Positions 1 through 8,439 of a stretch of DNA of 15,680 nt are shown here, piece after piece; position 1 is the stretch's first letter, and each line of letters opens with the position of its first letter. Below the pieces are notes generated by a model. The model had not been told where the DNA came from. It did no database searches and worked only from the letters and a program-made list of their open reading frames with translations. The position numbers and the translations under genes are program-made. Origin of the DNA: a virus; IMG/VR virus record IMGVR_UViG_3300045988_122518; one strand, 5' to 3'.

Positions 1-1
1 T

Positions 2-832
2 GAAAGTGGAAGGATCACCAGAAGAAGCCATTGTAAAGTTAAAGTTGGACTGAATCTTACAGTTAGGAATAATAAATTCAGCAGGCATATCTACACCATC
101 TTGATTACGGAATAAAGTAGAAGCTTCAAGATAATAGTTACCACCAAATTTATCAGCAGTAATTTCAATCTGCTTAGCACCAGATTCACGCTCAGTGTAA
201 TAATCAACCATTACAGAGTCGCATTTAGCATAATCATTCTCTAAATCGTTAGTAGTATAAGCCGCTCCAGTAGAACGAGCAAATCCCTTTACGGTAACAC
301 TAAAACCAGTGTCTCCAGTGGTAACTCCTTCATGTGCTAAATAAGGCTCAGAAATAATTTCGCCATCCTTCATGAAGAAAACATAAACATAATCGTCATC
401 TTTATGTTCATTATCAAGATAAGGGGCATAAGAGACAGGAATAATTAATCCATCAGTTTTAATGTCTTTTTCAGTATTAGCAGGGACAATGTCTTTAGTC
501 TTATCAACAGTTTGAATAATATGTTGCTTAATCTTATTGTTAGCAGAAGCCTCAACAAGACCAGCACCGGAAAGAATCATGAAACCTTCAGGAGAAATAA
601 GAGCATCTTCCATTGTGAAGGTAACAGTACGCTCGCCTTCCCATGCGACTAAGTTAGTATTACCACGACCGCCCTGTGCGTATACGGTGGTAGCAGCGCC
701 TTCCATACTGGAAGTCTTTAAAGTGTCGAAATAAATAACTGGCTCGTTCTTATAAAATTGCTTATTACCAATCTTTTGATTAGCCTTTGCCTTTAAAACG
801 ACATCGCAAATTTCGCGTACACCAAATTTCAT
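2..832 (-). CDS. Phage structural protein, probably a tail (major tail or sheath-like) protein. The 5' end is complete (ATG at 830-832) and the 3' end is truncated by the window start; at least 277 codons; no in-frame TAG.
   Basis: Hand translation of the reverse strand gives an uninterrupted frame from ATG (plus 830-832) to position 2, with no TAA, TAG or TGA. The ribosome-binding site reads TAAGGAGGAAAAAAACCT-ATG. The sequence is Gly/Thr/Val-rich and looks beta-structural (MKFGVREICDVVLKAKANQKIGNKQFYKNEPVIYFDTLKTSSMEGAATTVYAQGGRGN...). It lies downstream of the capsid and connector genes in the late operon. The ORF track omits it because it runs off the window edge. The tail assignment rests on position and composition only. 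Confidence 0.7.
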   Translation of the reverse strand, partial: MKFGVREICDVVLKAKANQKIGNKQFYKNEPVIYFDTLKTSSMEGAATTVYAQGGRGNTNLVAWEGERTVTFTMEDALISPEGFMILSGAGLVEASANNKIKQHIIQTVDKTKDIVPANTEKDIKTDGLIIPVSYAPYLDNEHKDDDYVYVFFMKDGEIISEPYLAHEGVTTGDTGFSVTVKGFARSTGAAYTTNDLENDYAKCDSVMVDYYTERESGAKQIEITADKFGGNYYLEASTLFRNQDGVDMPAEFIIPNCKIQSNFNFTMASSGDPSTF

Positions 833-856
833 AGGTTTTTTTCCTCCTTAAAAAAT

Positions 857-1582
857 TTAATGGATATTTTTCATCCAGTTATCCGGCTTATTATCAGGCT
901 TCGCGCCTGCTAATCTAGACCGGATATCAATATCCCAATTAATATAAAGTTGATATCTTTCAACAAGGTCATAGAGTTGGAACATTGTTAAATCCATTAA
1001 ATCCTGTAAAGACATTGAATCAAGACCTATAGTAAGCATTGAAAGATACTAACTAAATATACTAGCATTAGCCGTGCCGTTTAATTCAGCGACACGTTGT
1101 CTACCTCGCATTAATTTATCGGCTATCTTTTTCGCGGCCGCATTTCCAGGATTGAATCCCATTTCTTGCGAAGCATTAGATTTAAAACAAAATATTTCTT
1201 TAATATATTCCTATAATATATTAAAATTGCTTTCGTCAATCATTATTTGTGGATCACCTTGTAAAACAATTGACCTCGGGGTAAATAAAACATTTTGCTT
1301 TGGAAACAATAATGTAAGAACCTACATAGATGCTTGTTTTTTATCGGCCATCTCTTTTTCTTTCATCATTGTCATAAATATCTAAAAATTATTTGTTTCT
1401 CTTAAAAGACTTTCGCCCGAATTCTCTATTATGTTTTTATCAATACATAAACACTAAATCCCCAAGAAAAGATCTTTTTCACCTATAAAAGAAATTTCTT
1501 TTATAGATGGCTAATGAATAGTGACTTCTAATTCAGGTATTGGTAAATCAATACCTGTCATTAAACCAAGTCTAATATCCAT
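857..1582 (-). CDS. Hypothetical structural-module protein, 241 aa, with 6 in-frame TAG sense codons (plus-strand cta at 1511, 1454, 1382, 1322, 1211, 1049). Its ATG overlaps the upstream TAA as TAATG.
   Basis: Track ORF 857..1039 continues upstream in frame through six TAG codons to ATG at plus 1580-1582. The first in-frame TGA lies upstream at 1589-1591. The stop is TAA at 857-859. The ATG shares a base with the TAA of the upstream gene (translational coupling). Product begins MDIRLGLMTGIDLPIPELEVTIH(Q)PSIK... Confidence 0.6.
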
Positions 1583-2163
1583 TATTCTTCAGTTCTTTTT
1601 TTAAAATCTTCTATAAATCTTTCCTCGTCATTAGGATTCGGCATAAATTTTTTATCTTCCTCGCCATGAACTGCCTGATACATAAGACATAAACCAGCAT
1701 ATTCATCAGTTAAAATAATTTGATTCGCACCAAGAAATTCTAACTTACCAATACCAGTTAAATGCGTTTTATCTATCATGCTATCAATTTCCGCGGCGAT
1801 GCGATAAGGGCGTAATTGATAATCTTTTAAATGCCATTGATCAAAATGACAAATAATATCGAATTCAACAATATTATCTCTAAACTCAGGATTTCCACTT
1901 TGTGTAAAATTATCAAAATTAATAATTAAATAATTTAATACACTTCCATCAACATAAAGTTTAGGAATTAACTTAATATTTTTATTAAATAATTGAATCA
2001 TTTGTTCATCATTTAAATCTGGTTTATCAATAGCATCTTTTGTTGTATAATACAATAAGCGCTTTAATCTCTCATTTTTACAGAGATGTTTTACAATAAT
2101 TTCTAAATCTTTTTCAACAGAAAGAAAACTTGATTTAGGTAAATTTACACCATTAATTTTCAT
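1582..2163 (-). CDS. Hypothetical protein, 193 aa (connector/tail region); no in-frame TAG.
   Basis: Intact standard-code ORF. ATG at 2161-2163 is preceded by AAGGAG at 11-nt spacing. Stop is TAA at 1582-1584. Confidence 0.8.
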   Translation of the reverse strand: MKINGVNLPKSSFLSVEKDLEIIVKHLCKNERLKRLLYYTTKDAIDKPDLNDEQMIQLFNKNIKLIPKLYVDGSVLNYLIINFDNFTQSGNPEFRDNIVEFDIICHFDQWHLKDYQLRPYRIAAEIDSMIDKTHLTGIGKLEFLGANQIILTDEYAGLCLMYQAVHGEEDKKFMPNPNDEERFIEDFKKRTEE

Positions 2164-2178
2164 AACACCTTTTACTCC

Positions 2179-3243
2179 TTAAAATAATGATTGAACTACG
2201 ATCGTTTTCTTATAGTCTCCATAACATAAATCGAACTATCCACTATATCCAGAAGTCCAACTTATTTCAACTGTTGGCTTTTTTGCTTCTTTAATAATTT
2301 TTAAAGAAACCGGCAACTTTTTATTATTCTTTATTTCCCATTCTAAAACAGCTTTACCATCAAAATAATAAGTATAAGTTTTTTTTGGAAAAATAAATGT
2401 TTCCCCTATAATATCAGTTGTCGTAGGATTTGGATCAATTGGTTCCGCAATTAAAGAACCAACAGTTTTATCATCTAAATTATCTTCCTACTCATTGGTA
2501 TAATATTCAGTCGCATTGATTTCTAAAATGCCAGGCATACTTATAGAATCTACAGCTTCAACACGCCAACAAATTAAATTATCTCCCTCATCCTAACCAT
2601 CTAAATAAAATTTAGTATAACGTTTAAAATATCTTAACGTATCTTTATTTTTTGGCATTAAAATATTTAATGAATAATTAGGATTATCTATACTAATTTC
2701 ATGTTTCTGAATATAATCAATTTTCGTTTCTACAGGACCGCGAATTGCTGCATAAGTAGATTTCTTCTCTCCCTCATCTACCCAATTTATTTTATAAGAG
2801 CATTTTCTAATATCTCCTCTAAAATAAGCTAATTCAGTCAAATCCTAAAGATAACAAATCCAATAGGTATTAGTTCCACACCATTCAAAAATATCTCCCG
2901 GTTTAAACTAATATTCATTTCCAACAGACAAAATCTTATCATCATAATCCTATTTCAATTTATTAGGATTAATCAAACATCTAATAGGTTTTTTATATTC
3001 CGCATCCTATTTAATAATTTCCGCGGCTTGGTATGAATTCCATACTGCTCTATCTAAACTTCTGCGTTTAGATAAAATCATACGCTCTTGTTGGCGGTTT
3101 CCGCCCATTTGACCGAGCCGGACCGCCATATAATTAACGCCTTCAACAGGGCTACCTTTAAAGGGTGGCTTATCATAAATTTCTAAGCGACCTTGCTATA
3201 ATCTAAAAGGTTGCTTACTACTATAATCAAACCCTGACGCCAT
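2179..3243 (-). CDS. Hypothetical structural protein, 354 aa, with 9 in-frame TAG sense codons (cta at 3196, 3007, 2950, 2908, 2845, 2593, 2488, 2236, 2197).
   Basis: Track ORF 2593..2841 is only the middle fragment. Hand translation extends the same frame upstream to ATG 3241-3243 (RBS AGGAGATAAATT-ATG; TAA directly upstream) and downstream to TAA 2179-2181. There is no TAA or TGA in between. Product begins MASGFDYSSKQPFRLQQGRLEIYDKPPFKGSPVEGVNYMAVRLGQMGG... and ends ...GDYKKTIV(Q)F(Q)SLF. Confidence 0.65.
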
Positions 3244-3568
3244 AATTTATCTCCTATAAAAGACTGATCGTTTCAAACACAGTCTTACGATAAAAATTAA
3301 AATCAGTATCTTGATTCTACAATCCCTCAAGTTTATTTAATAACTATAAATAAAGGGGTTCAGCGTTAAAAATCACACTAAACCCCACAATTTCATTTAT
3401 AACAGTTTCTAGCTATTTATGCCAATCTTCATTATTTTCGCGCATTGGAATTAATTTCCATAATTGATTGGTTAAGCGCAAACAATTTACTTTTATACTC
3501 TCTATTGGAATATCAAAATTATATTTAGTAATCATATCGACTTTTAAACACATCCCAATTAGATTCAT
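3227..3568 (-). CDS. Candidate small overlapping ORF, 72-113 aa depending on start (ATG at 3568, 3553, 3535 or 3445), with 4 TAG codons. Tentative.
   Basis: A second reverse frame has no TAA or TGA for about 119 codons (3584 down to 3227). That is unexpected for AT-rich non-coding DNA. It overlaps the 3' end of the 3525..4097 gene and the first 17 nt of the 2179..3243 gene. No convincing RBS. It contains the hairpin annotated separately. Confidence 0.3.
3331..3386 (-). terminator. Candidate intrinsic terminator for the minus strand: GGGGTT / AACCCC 6-bp stem with a 20-nt loop, followed on the minus strand by TTTATTTAT.
   Basis: Inverted repeat ggggtt (3355-3360) / aacccc (3381-3386). The T-rich run is the reverse complement of 3331-3354. 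The long loop makes it weak. Do not score this together with the overlapping-ORF call above: at most one of the two is right. Confidence 0.3.
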
Positions 3569-4097
3569 ACTCACCTTTGTTATTTAGACGTCTGCGTTTA
3601 TATAAACGCTACATATGGTGAGATTGTCTTTGGCATTCACCTAATAAATTCAATAGCTTTGATAGATGATTTGCCTAAGAAGTAAATTTAAAATCAGAGC
3701 CACTATATTTCATTCGAGTATTCTCAATTGAAGTGACTTGTCTTTGCGTCCAACCGCACATCATTAAAATAGCTAAAATATTAATTTCTTCTTCAGTTAG
3801 ATCACAATTAAAACTGGATCTATCAACTAAAACTTGAGGTTCTTCACCCGGTTCTGGAAGTTCCCCCCATACTGTTCCTACAATAAAATCATCCGGCATA
3901 GCATCAGATTCATTAATAGTAGCGACATCTAAATTATAATCTAAAAGATTTTTTCGCGGAAATTCAAATCCAGGAATAGCATCTATTATAAGATTCTATA
4001 AATCTCTTAGAGTATCTTCAGGGGTCAATTCCAGATACATATCATCAGTAACCTTGTTTAGAAAGCGATTATAAACAGCTGAGAATAATGTTCCCAC
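3525..4097 (-). CDS. Hypothetical head-tail connector-region protein, 190 aa, GTG start, 3 in-frame TAG (cta at 3996, 3675, 3609).
   Basis: Track ORF 3675..3899 extends upstream through TAG 3996 to GTG at 4095-4097. An in-frame TAA (4098-4100) lies directly 5' of the GTG, and AGGAGGG sits 7 nt upstream of it. The frame extends downstream through TAG 3675 and 3609 to TAA 3525-3527. Confidence 0.6.
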
Positions 4098-4116
4098 TTA
4101 ATCGCCCTCCTATAAA

Positions 4117-4710
4117 TTATTTCTTGGAGGAAGTTTCCTCGGTTTTATTAATTACTTTATATCCAGAACCGCTTGTGCGACGACCTTGAGTAGTAGGTTC
4201 TTCTCTTACTACACGACGCTTAGCAGCGGGTTCTTTCTCTACAATAGTATCTTCTTCTTTACTAGCGATATCATTAGCAATAGCTTTATCAACATCAAAC
4301 CCAGTTTTTTCCTTCAAAGCTCTACGCTTATTAATATCAGTAATAGGAAGGCTAACAGATAAATTCTTGATTAAGTCAATAATTCCAATAGGAGCAAAAT
4401 CAAGAGCATCTAAAAAAGCATCTAATGAGCCATTAAGAATTAAATCAGCAACTTGTTGCTCTGACATATTATATTCAGGTTCAGTATGAACATTAAGAGT
4501 ATGAGTTACTTCTGGCTCTAAAATTTGTAAAAAATTAGCAATTAATTCACGGCCGCCCGCCTGATAAGTTAACTTCTCTAGCTCACCAAATGGAATGCGC
4601 TTAGTTTCACCGGGCGCAAATTCACGACGCAAATTGGTATCAGGAATAGTATAAACAACTACGCTAGTGCTTCTATTTTTTACATTATAAATATCTTCAT
4701 TATTAATCAT
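4117..4710 (-). CDS. Hypothetical protein, 197 aa, with a basic C-terminal tail (…KRRVVREEPTTQGRRTSGSGYK…); no TAG.
   Basis: Intact ORF. ATG 4708-4710 follows AAGGAG at 10-nt spacing. Stop is TAA 4117-4119. It is the first gene after the capsid-gene terminator. Confidence 0.8.
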   Translation of the reverse strand: MINNEDIYNVKNRSTSVVVYTIPDTNLRREFAPGETKRIPFGELEKLTYQAGGRELIANFLQILEPEVTHTLNVHTEPEYNMSEQQVADLILNGSLDAFLDALDFAPIGIIDLIKNLSVSLPITDINKRRALKEKTGFDVDKAIANDIASKEEDTIVEKEPAAKRRVVREEPTTQGRRTSGSGYKVINKTEETSSKK

Positions 4711-4730
4711 TATTCAATTTCTCCTTTTAC

Positions 4731-4777
4731 TCATAAAACAAAAATATGGGGAGAGGGAGTTTAATCCCTTCTCCCCA
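4731..4777 (-). terminator. Rho-independent terminator immediately downstream of the major capsid gene (minus strand).
   Basis: Left arm GGGGAGAGGGAG (4748-4759), loop TTTAAT (4760-4765), right arm CCCTTCTCCCC (4766-4776). The stem is 11 bp with one mismatch. On the minus strand it is followed by ATATTTTTGTTTTAT. Confidence 0.7.
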
Positions 4778-4796
4778 TGGAATAATTTATATTAAA

Positions 4797-5903
4797 TTAG
4801 ACAGTACCGTCAAGGCGACCATCATAAGTGATAACCTTACCAGTAACTCCATCATAATTCCAAGTATACATCTGACCGAGAAGTGAAGTATCAACATAAG
4901 CACAGATGTTATTAGCGAGCATGCAAACTACGCCAACCTTCTTGTAAACCTGAATCTCACGAGAACGATCATAATTGTTGAACTCGTCAACAATAGTGCC
5001 ACCTTCAAAAGCAATCTTTACAGGCTTACCATCAGCGCCCGTAGGAATAACCCAAGCATAGCCAGGATCAATAACCTTACGAGTATTGGTTTCATCTTCA
5101 AAGCCCTGCTCAAGAATAATAACCTTAGTACCCTTGTAAGTGGCAAGACGACCATTATTCCAAAGCTCGTTCTTCATAGCTTCAGTATATCTCCAAGCCT
5201 CATGAGGAATCATCTTAACAGCAAACTCATAAGTACAATAAATAGTAGGAGTACCATAAGCAGAAGCAATAGTGATCAAACGATCCATAGCAGCTTCATC
5301 AAATCCGGCAGCCGCAACGCGGTTAGCAGGAGGAAGCTGATTGATAGAAGATCTAAGAGCAGCAGCGACTTCTTTATAAATAAGTTCATCCATACCATCC
5401 ATGATGATCTTGGTTACTTCACCAAAATCAACACGACCATCAAGGAATTCTTCGAAGCCAATCTGAGCAGCTCCGCCGATAGCGCTAGTACGTACCTCAA
5501 AGGCTTCATTCTCTTTAGGTCCGAGCTTGAAGACTTCATAAATACCAGCAAGACCAACGCGAGTTACAAACTGCTTAGCACGAGCACGATTATTAAGAGG
5601 ACGACGGAAAATAGGCTTATCACCCTGAGCGAAAGTTTTAACCTCAGCAAACTGATCATATTGCTGAATAACTTTCTTAGGAAGAACCTCATCAAGAGTC
5701 TGCTCAATCATAGAGAAAATAAGATTCTTATTTTCACGATAAAGAGCGTAAGTACCAGCCAACTCATTCATTTCATTACGAAGAGTTTCATTTAAGGCTT
5801 CATAACTAAGATTTTTTCCCTCATAACTATAAGCAACAGGAGCAGAAGGATCAGCCTTAGCAACTTGCTTCATAAGAGCAATTAAATTATTTTTATCTAA
5901 CAT
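4797..5903 (-). CDS. Major capsid protein (HK97-fold type), 368 aa; no in-frame TAG.
   Basis: Intact ORF with RBS AAAGGAG and TAA stop. The sequence (…RPLNNRARAKQFVTRVGLAGIYEVFKLGPKE…AMDRLITIASAYGTPTIYCTYEFAVKMIP…) is typical of caudoviral major capsid proteins. It lies downstream of the portal, a scaffold-like gene and a 305-aa head gene, and is followed by a strong terminator. The family assignment is from memory of capsid sequences, not from a search. Confidence 0.75.
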   Translation of the reverse strand: MLDKNNLIALMKQVAKADPSAPVAYSYEGKNLSYEALNETLRNEMNELAGTYALYRENKNLIFSMIEQTLDEVLPKKVIQQYDQFAEVKTFAQGDKPIFRRPLNNRARAKQFVTRVGLAGIYEVFKLGPKENEAFEVRTSAIGGAAQIGFEEFLDGRVDFGEVTKIIMDGMDELIYKEVAAALRSSINQLPPANRVAAAGFDEAAMDRLITIASAYGTPTIYCTYEFAVKMIPHEAWRYTEAMKNELWNNGRLATYKGTKVIILEQGFEDETNTRKVIDPGYAWVIPTGADGKPVKIAFEGGTIVDEFNNYDRSREIQVYKKVGVVCMLANNICAYVDTSLLGQMYTWNYDGVTGKVITYDGRLDGTV

Positions 5904-5920
5904 TATCCTTTTCTCCTTTC

Positions 5921-6838
5921 TTACTTAATACGCATTACCTTGACGCCCTTTTGACCATCAGGCATAGTATAAACCTTAACAACCTGCCAGGTCATTGAAT
6001 CGTCGCCAGTTTTGCTAAGAATACCCTTTGTAGCAGCAGAAGGAGAAAGCTTATCTCCAACAGCAAGAGTCTCTTCATTAATCATATTAGTAGTATAAAG
6101 ATCACCAATCATGGTCTTAAATACACGAGGAACCATAGAAGTACCAGATTCCATGAACTTCTCATGGTAGATACCCAACTTATGATATGGATCATTGGTC
6201 CAATTCATTTCATACATATCAGGAACATCAGTGAGAACCTTATCATAGTAATACTTTACAGGAACATTAGCAACCTGATGATTACTATCAAGAGTATATT
6301 CATTACCATCATAAGTAAATTTGCCGGTTTCATCAACATCATAAACACGACCAGCAATAGTAACAGTCTTTAAGCCCTGATCGGCAGAAACGGTCTGATT
6401 GATTAATTTATAGGTTTGACCCTTTTCATCAACACCATTCCAGAAACGACCACCATATTCAACCTCGGTATGCTCCCAATCATAAGGACTATAAACACGA
6501 GCCTGATAGTCATCTTTAATCATAGCAAATTCGCAGTCCCACTGCTTACTACCATCATAATGATCACGATAAAGCTTAATCTCGTTATAAACGAGCATCC
6601 ATTCACCTTCGCCAGTGAAGTTGACTTCACCGATACCATTACCATTAGCAGCATAGTCATACTTTACAAACTGACCGTTTTCAAGAATCTCAATGTCTTT
6701 ATTGGCAGGAAGTTGAGCATAGATTTGAGCATTTCTTTGTGCGGAAAGGTGATTAGGCTCGACCTGACCGTAACCAAACTCAACATACTTTGCCTGAGAC
6801 TTAATAGGAAGATTCTTATTCAAAAAGTCTTTAAACAT
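5921..6838 (-). CDS. Head-associated protein, 305 aa (possible decoration or auxiliary capsid protein); no TAG.
   Basis: Intact ORF. ATG 6836-6838 follows AAGGAGG at 9-nt spacing. Stop is TAA 5921-5923, 17 nt before the capsid gene RBS. Gly/Tyr/Asp-rich and beta-type composition. Confidence 0.75.
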   Translation of the reverse strand: MFKDFLNKNLPIKSQAKYVEFGYGQVEPNHLSAQRNAQIYAQLPANKDIEILENGQFVKYDYAANGNGIGEVNFTGEGEWMLVYNEIKLYRDHYDGSKQWDCEFAMIKDDYQARVYSPYDWEHTEVEYGGRFWNGVDEKGQTYKLINQTVSADQGLKTVTIAGRVYDVDETGKFTYDGNEYTLDSNHQVANVPVKYYYDKVLTDVPDMYEMNWTNDPYHKLGIYHEKFMESGTSMVPRVFKTMIGDLYTTNMINEETLAVGDKLSPSAATKGILSKTGDDSMTWQVVKVYTMPDGQKGVKVMRIK

Positions 6839-6855
6839 TTAGTATGTCCTCCTTA

Positions 6856-8430
6856 TTAATTTTTGTTGGCGGTAGCAAAAGCCGCCTTCACCCAAGCGGG
6901 CATATCATCATCTTCTGAACCATTATTGTTCAAATTAAAAGTAGTAGCACCATTGGGCTTATTATTTTCGTCAAGGTCGAAACTCACCTTGTTGCGAACA
7001 CAAATAACAGATAATTTAGCTTCAATATCATCAAGAGAATATTTATCAATATTTTCAACAACATCAGCCTTATCTTCATCAGAAAGCATATAGAATTTAG
7101 CAATCATATCTTCTTTATCTTTCTTTTCAGCAGCATTTTTAAATTCAGCAAGTGGAGCAATTTGCTCTTTCAAGCTATTATTTTCAGTTTCAAGAGCTGC
7201 GAATTTAGTCTGTAATTCATCATACTGAGCTTTAAGTTCAGTATATTCAACAACTTCTTCAAGAGAATAATTCTTCTTTTTCTTTTTATCATCATTCTCA
7301 CCATTGTCGCCTTTATCAGACTTATTAGAGGGCTCTCCATTATCAGGGTTCTTTTTATTATCATTGCCCTCTGATTTATTTTCACCGTCAGGATTATTTG
7401 ATTTATTATTTTTGTCCTCTTCTGCTTTCTTTTTTGAAGCATACTCATTTTCAAATTCTTCTACAGCATTAAGAGCAAACTGAGGCTCAGCCGCAGGAGC
7501 ATAATCAGTTACTTCAATCAAAGTATCAGAAGGAACGAAATTCTCTGCATCAAGAGAAAAATCCATACGATAGTATTTTTCATCCTGCTTATTCTTCAAA
7601 ACAGCAAACTTTTGTTCACCATCTTCACAAACACCTTCAATGCGATAAACAGAACAATAATTCTTTGGTTCGACAGGATACTTATTCTCAATATAAGAAT
7701 AAAGAGAATTCCACAAATTGTCGCCAATATTAACAGCGTATTGTGTAAACACTTTGGCTCCTCCTTCTTTCATAAATTCTTTAAGTTCATTCATCATGGA
7801 GAACAAAGTGTTCTTAAAACCATCATCGAATGAAAAATTCACATTGATTTGGGAGCCTTCGAAACAAGGTTCATTTTCTTCTCCCAAAATACAAAGTTTA
7901 GAAATAATTGCCTTATTTATAATAAAAAACTAAGGTTTTCCATTGCTATCTTTTGCCCACGTAGCATTTAATGTTTTTTCATCAAGCTCCATAGAATGAT
8001 TATTCCCTTTATCAACCACACGTTTACATTCAGGATACTAACCAGTCCACAAATAACCTTCAGTCATTAAATACTCACGTTCGGCAACACCATCATCCAA
8101 AAATTTCTAAAACCAAACTTTAGCTCCAAGATCAACAAAACCATAAGGGCGAGTATTATCTCTCATTCTAAATTCGCCGTTAGATAATTCAATTATCCTA
8201 TTATGTTCTTCAAAATCTTCAGCATTCTCATTAAAAAAGCCAACAATAGGACTGCCAGGAAGGCTATTAGCCATCTCAGTCGCTACATCTTTAGTAATTA
8301 CGCTTTTATTACGATTAGGTTTATCATCTACATAACAAACCTTAATTTGGCATTTAGAAATTAAAGGATTTACAGGAGTTATATTTATAAACTCACAAGG
8401 TGTATTTAATTTAATACTTGTATGTTTCAT
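6856..8430 (-). CDS. Head morphogenesis protein, 524 aa: an N-terminal globular domain (possible prohead protease or minor head domain) fused to an acidic coiled-coil scaffold-like C-terminal part. Has 3 in-frame TAG (cta at 8107, 8038, 7930).
   Basis: Track ORFs 8107..8430 and 6856..7887 share one frame and are joined by TAG codons with no TAA or TGA between them. ATG 8428-8430 follows AAGGAGG. Stop is TAA 6856-6858. The C-terminal half is K/D/E/N-rich low complexity plus heptad-like coiled coil (…ELKAQYDELQTKFAALETENNSLKEQIAPLAEF…). It sits between the portal and capsid genes. The protease idea rests on position only. Confidence 0.65.
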
Positions 8431-8439
8431 AAATCCTCC

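Noticed and set aside
1376-1581. A 206-bp intergenic regulatory region (palindromes plus a GGTATTG/CAATACC hairpin) between the 193-aa gene and an ATG at 1375.
   Set aside because: Re-indexing showed my first upstream stop call was wrong. The frame is open from ATG 1580-1582, which is TAATG-coupled to the upstream gene, so this DNA is coding. The palindromes are kept as a separate low-interest finding.
3955-3975. A tRNA-like T-loop motif (TTCAAATCC at about 3962-3970) and other TTCGA/TTCAA hits, checked as a possible suppressor tRNA.
   Set aside because: The flanking bases cannot form a T-stem or an acceptor stem, and the site lies inside a coding frame. No convincing cloverleaf was found anywhere in the window by eye. 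A suppressor tRNA is expected elsewhere in the genome.
7170-7454. Minus-strand ORFs 7170..7454 and 11659..11853 in alternative frames.
   Set aside because: They are embedded out of frame within the scaffold-fusion and terminase genes. Their translations are K/I/L-rich low complexity, and the host-gene frames carry the recognisable motifs.
5202-7933. Plus-strand ORFs 5202..5795, 6164..6373, 6416..6859, 6863..7093, 7612..7833 and 7718..7933. Elsewhere, 537..734, 1074..1385 and 12051..12266.
   Set aside because: All lie antisense inside well-supported minus-strand genes (capsid, head protein, scaffold, terminase, tail). They have low-complexity I/L/N/S/K-rich translations typical of AT-rich shadow ORFs, and no RBS.
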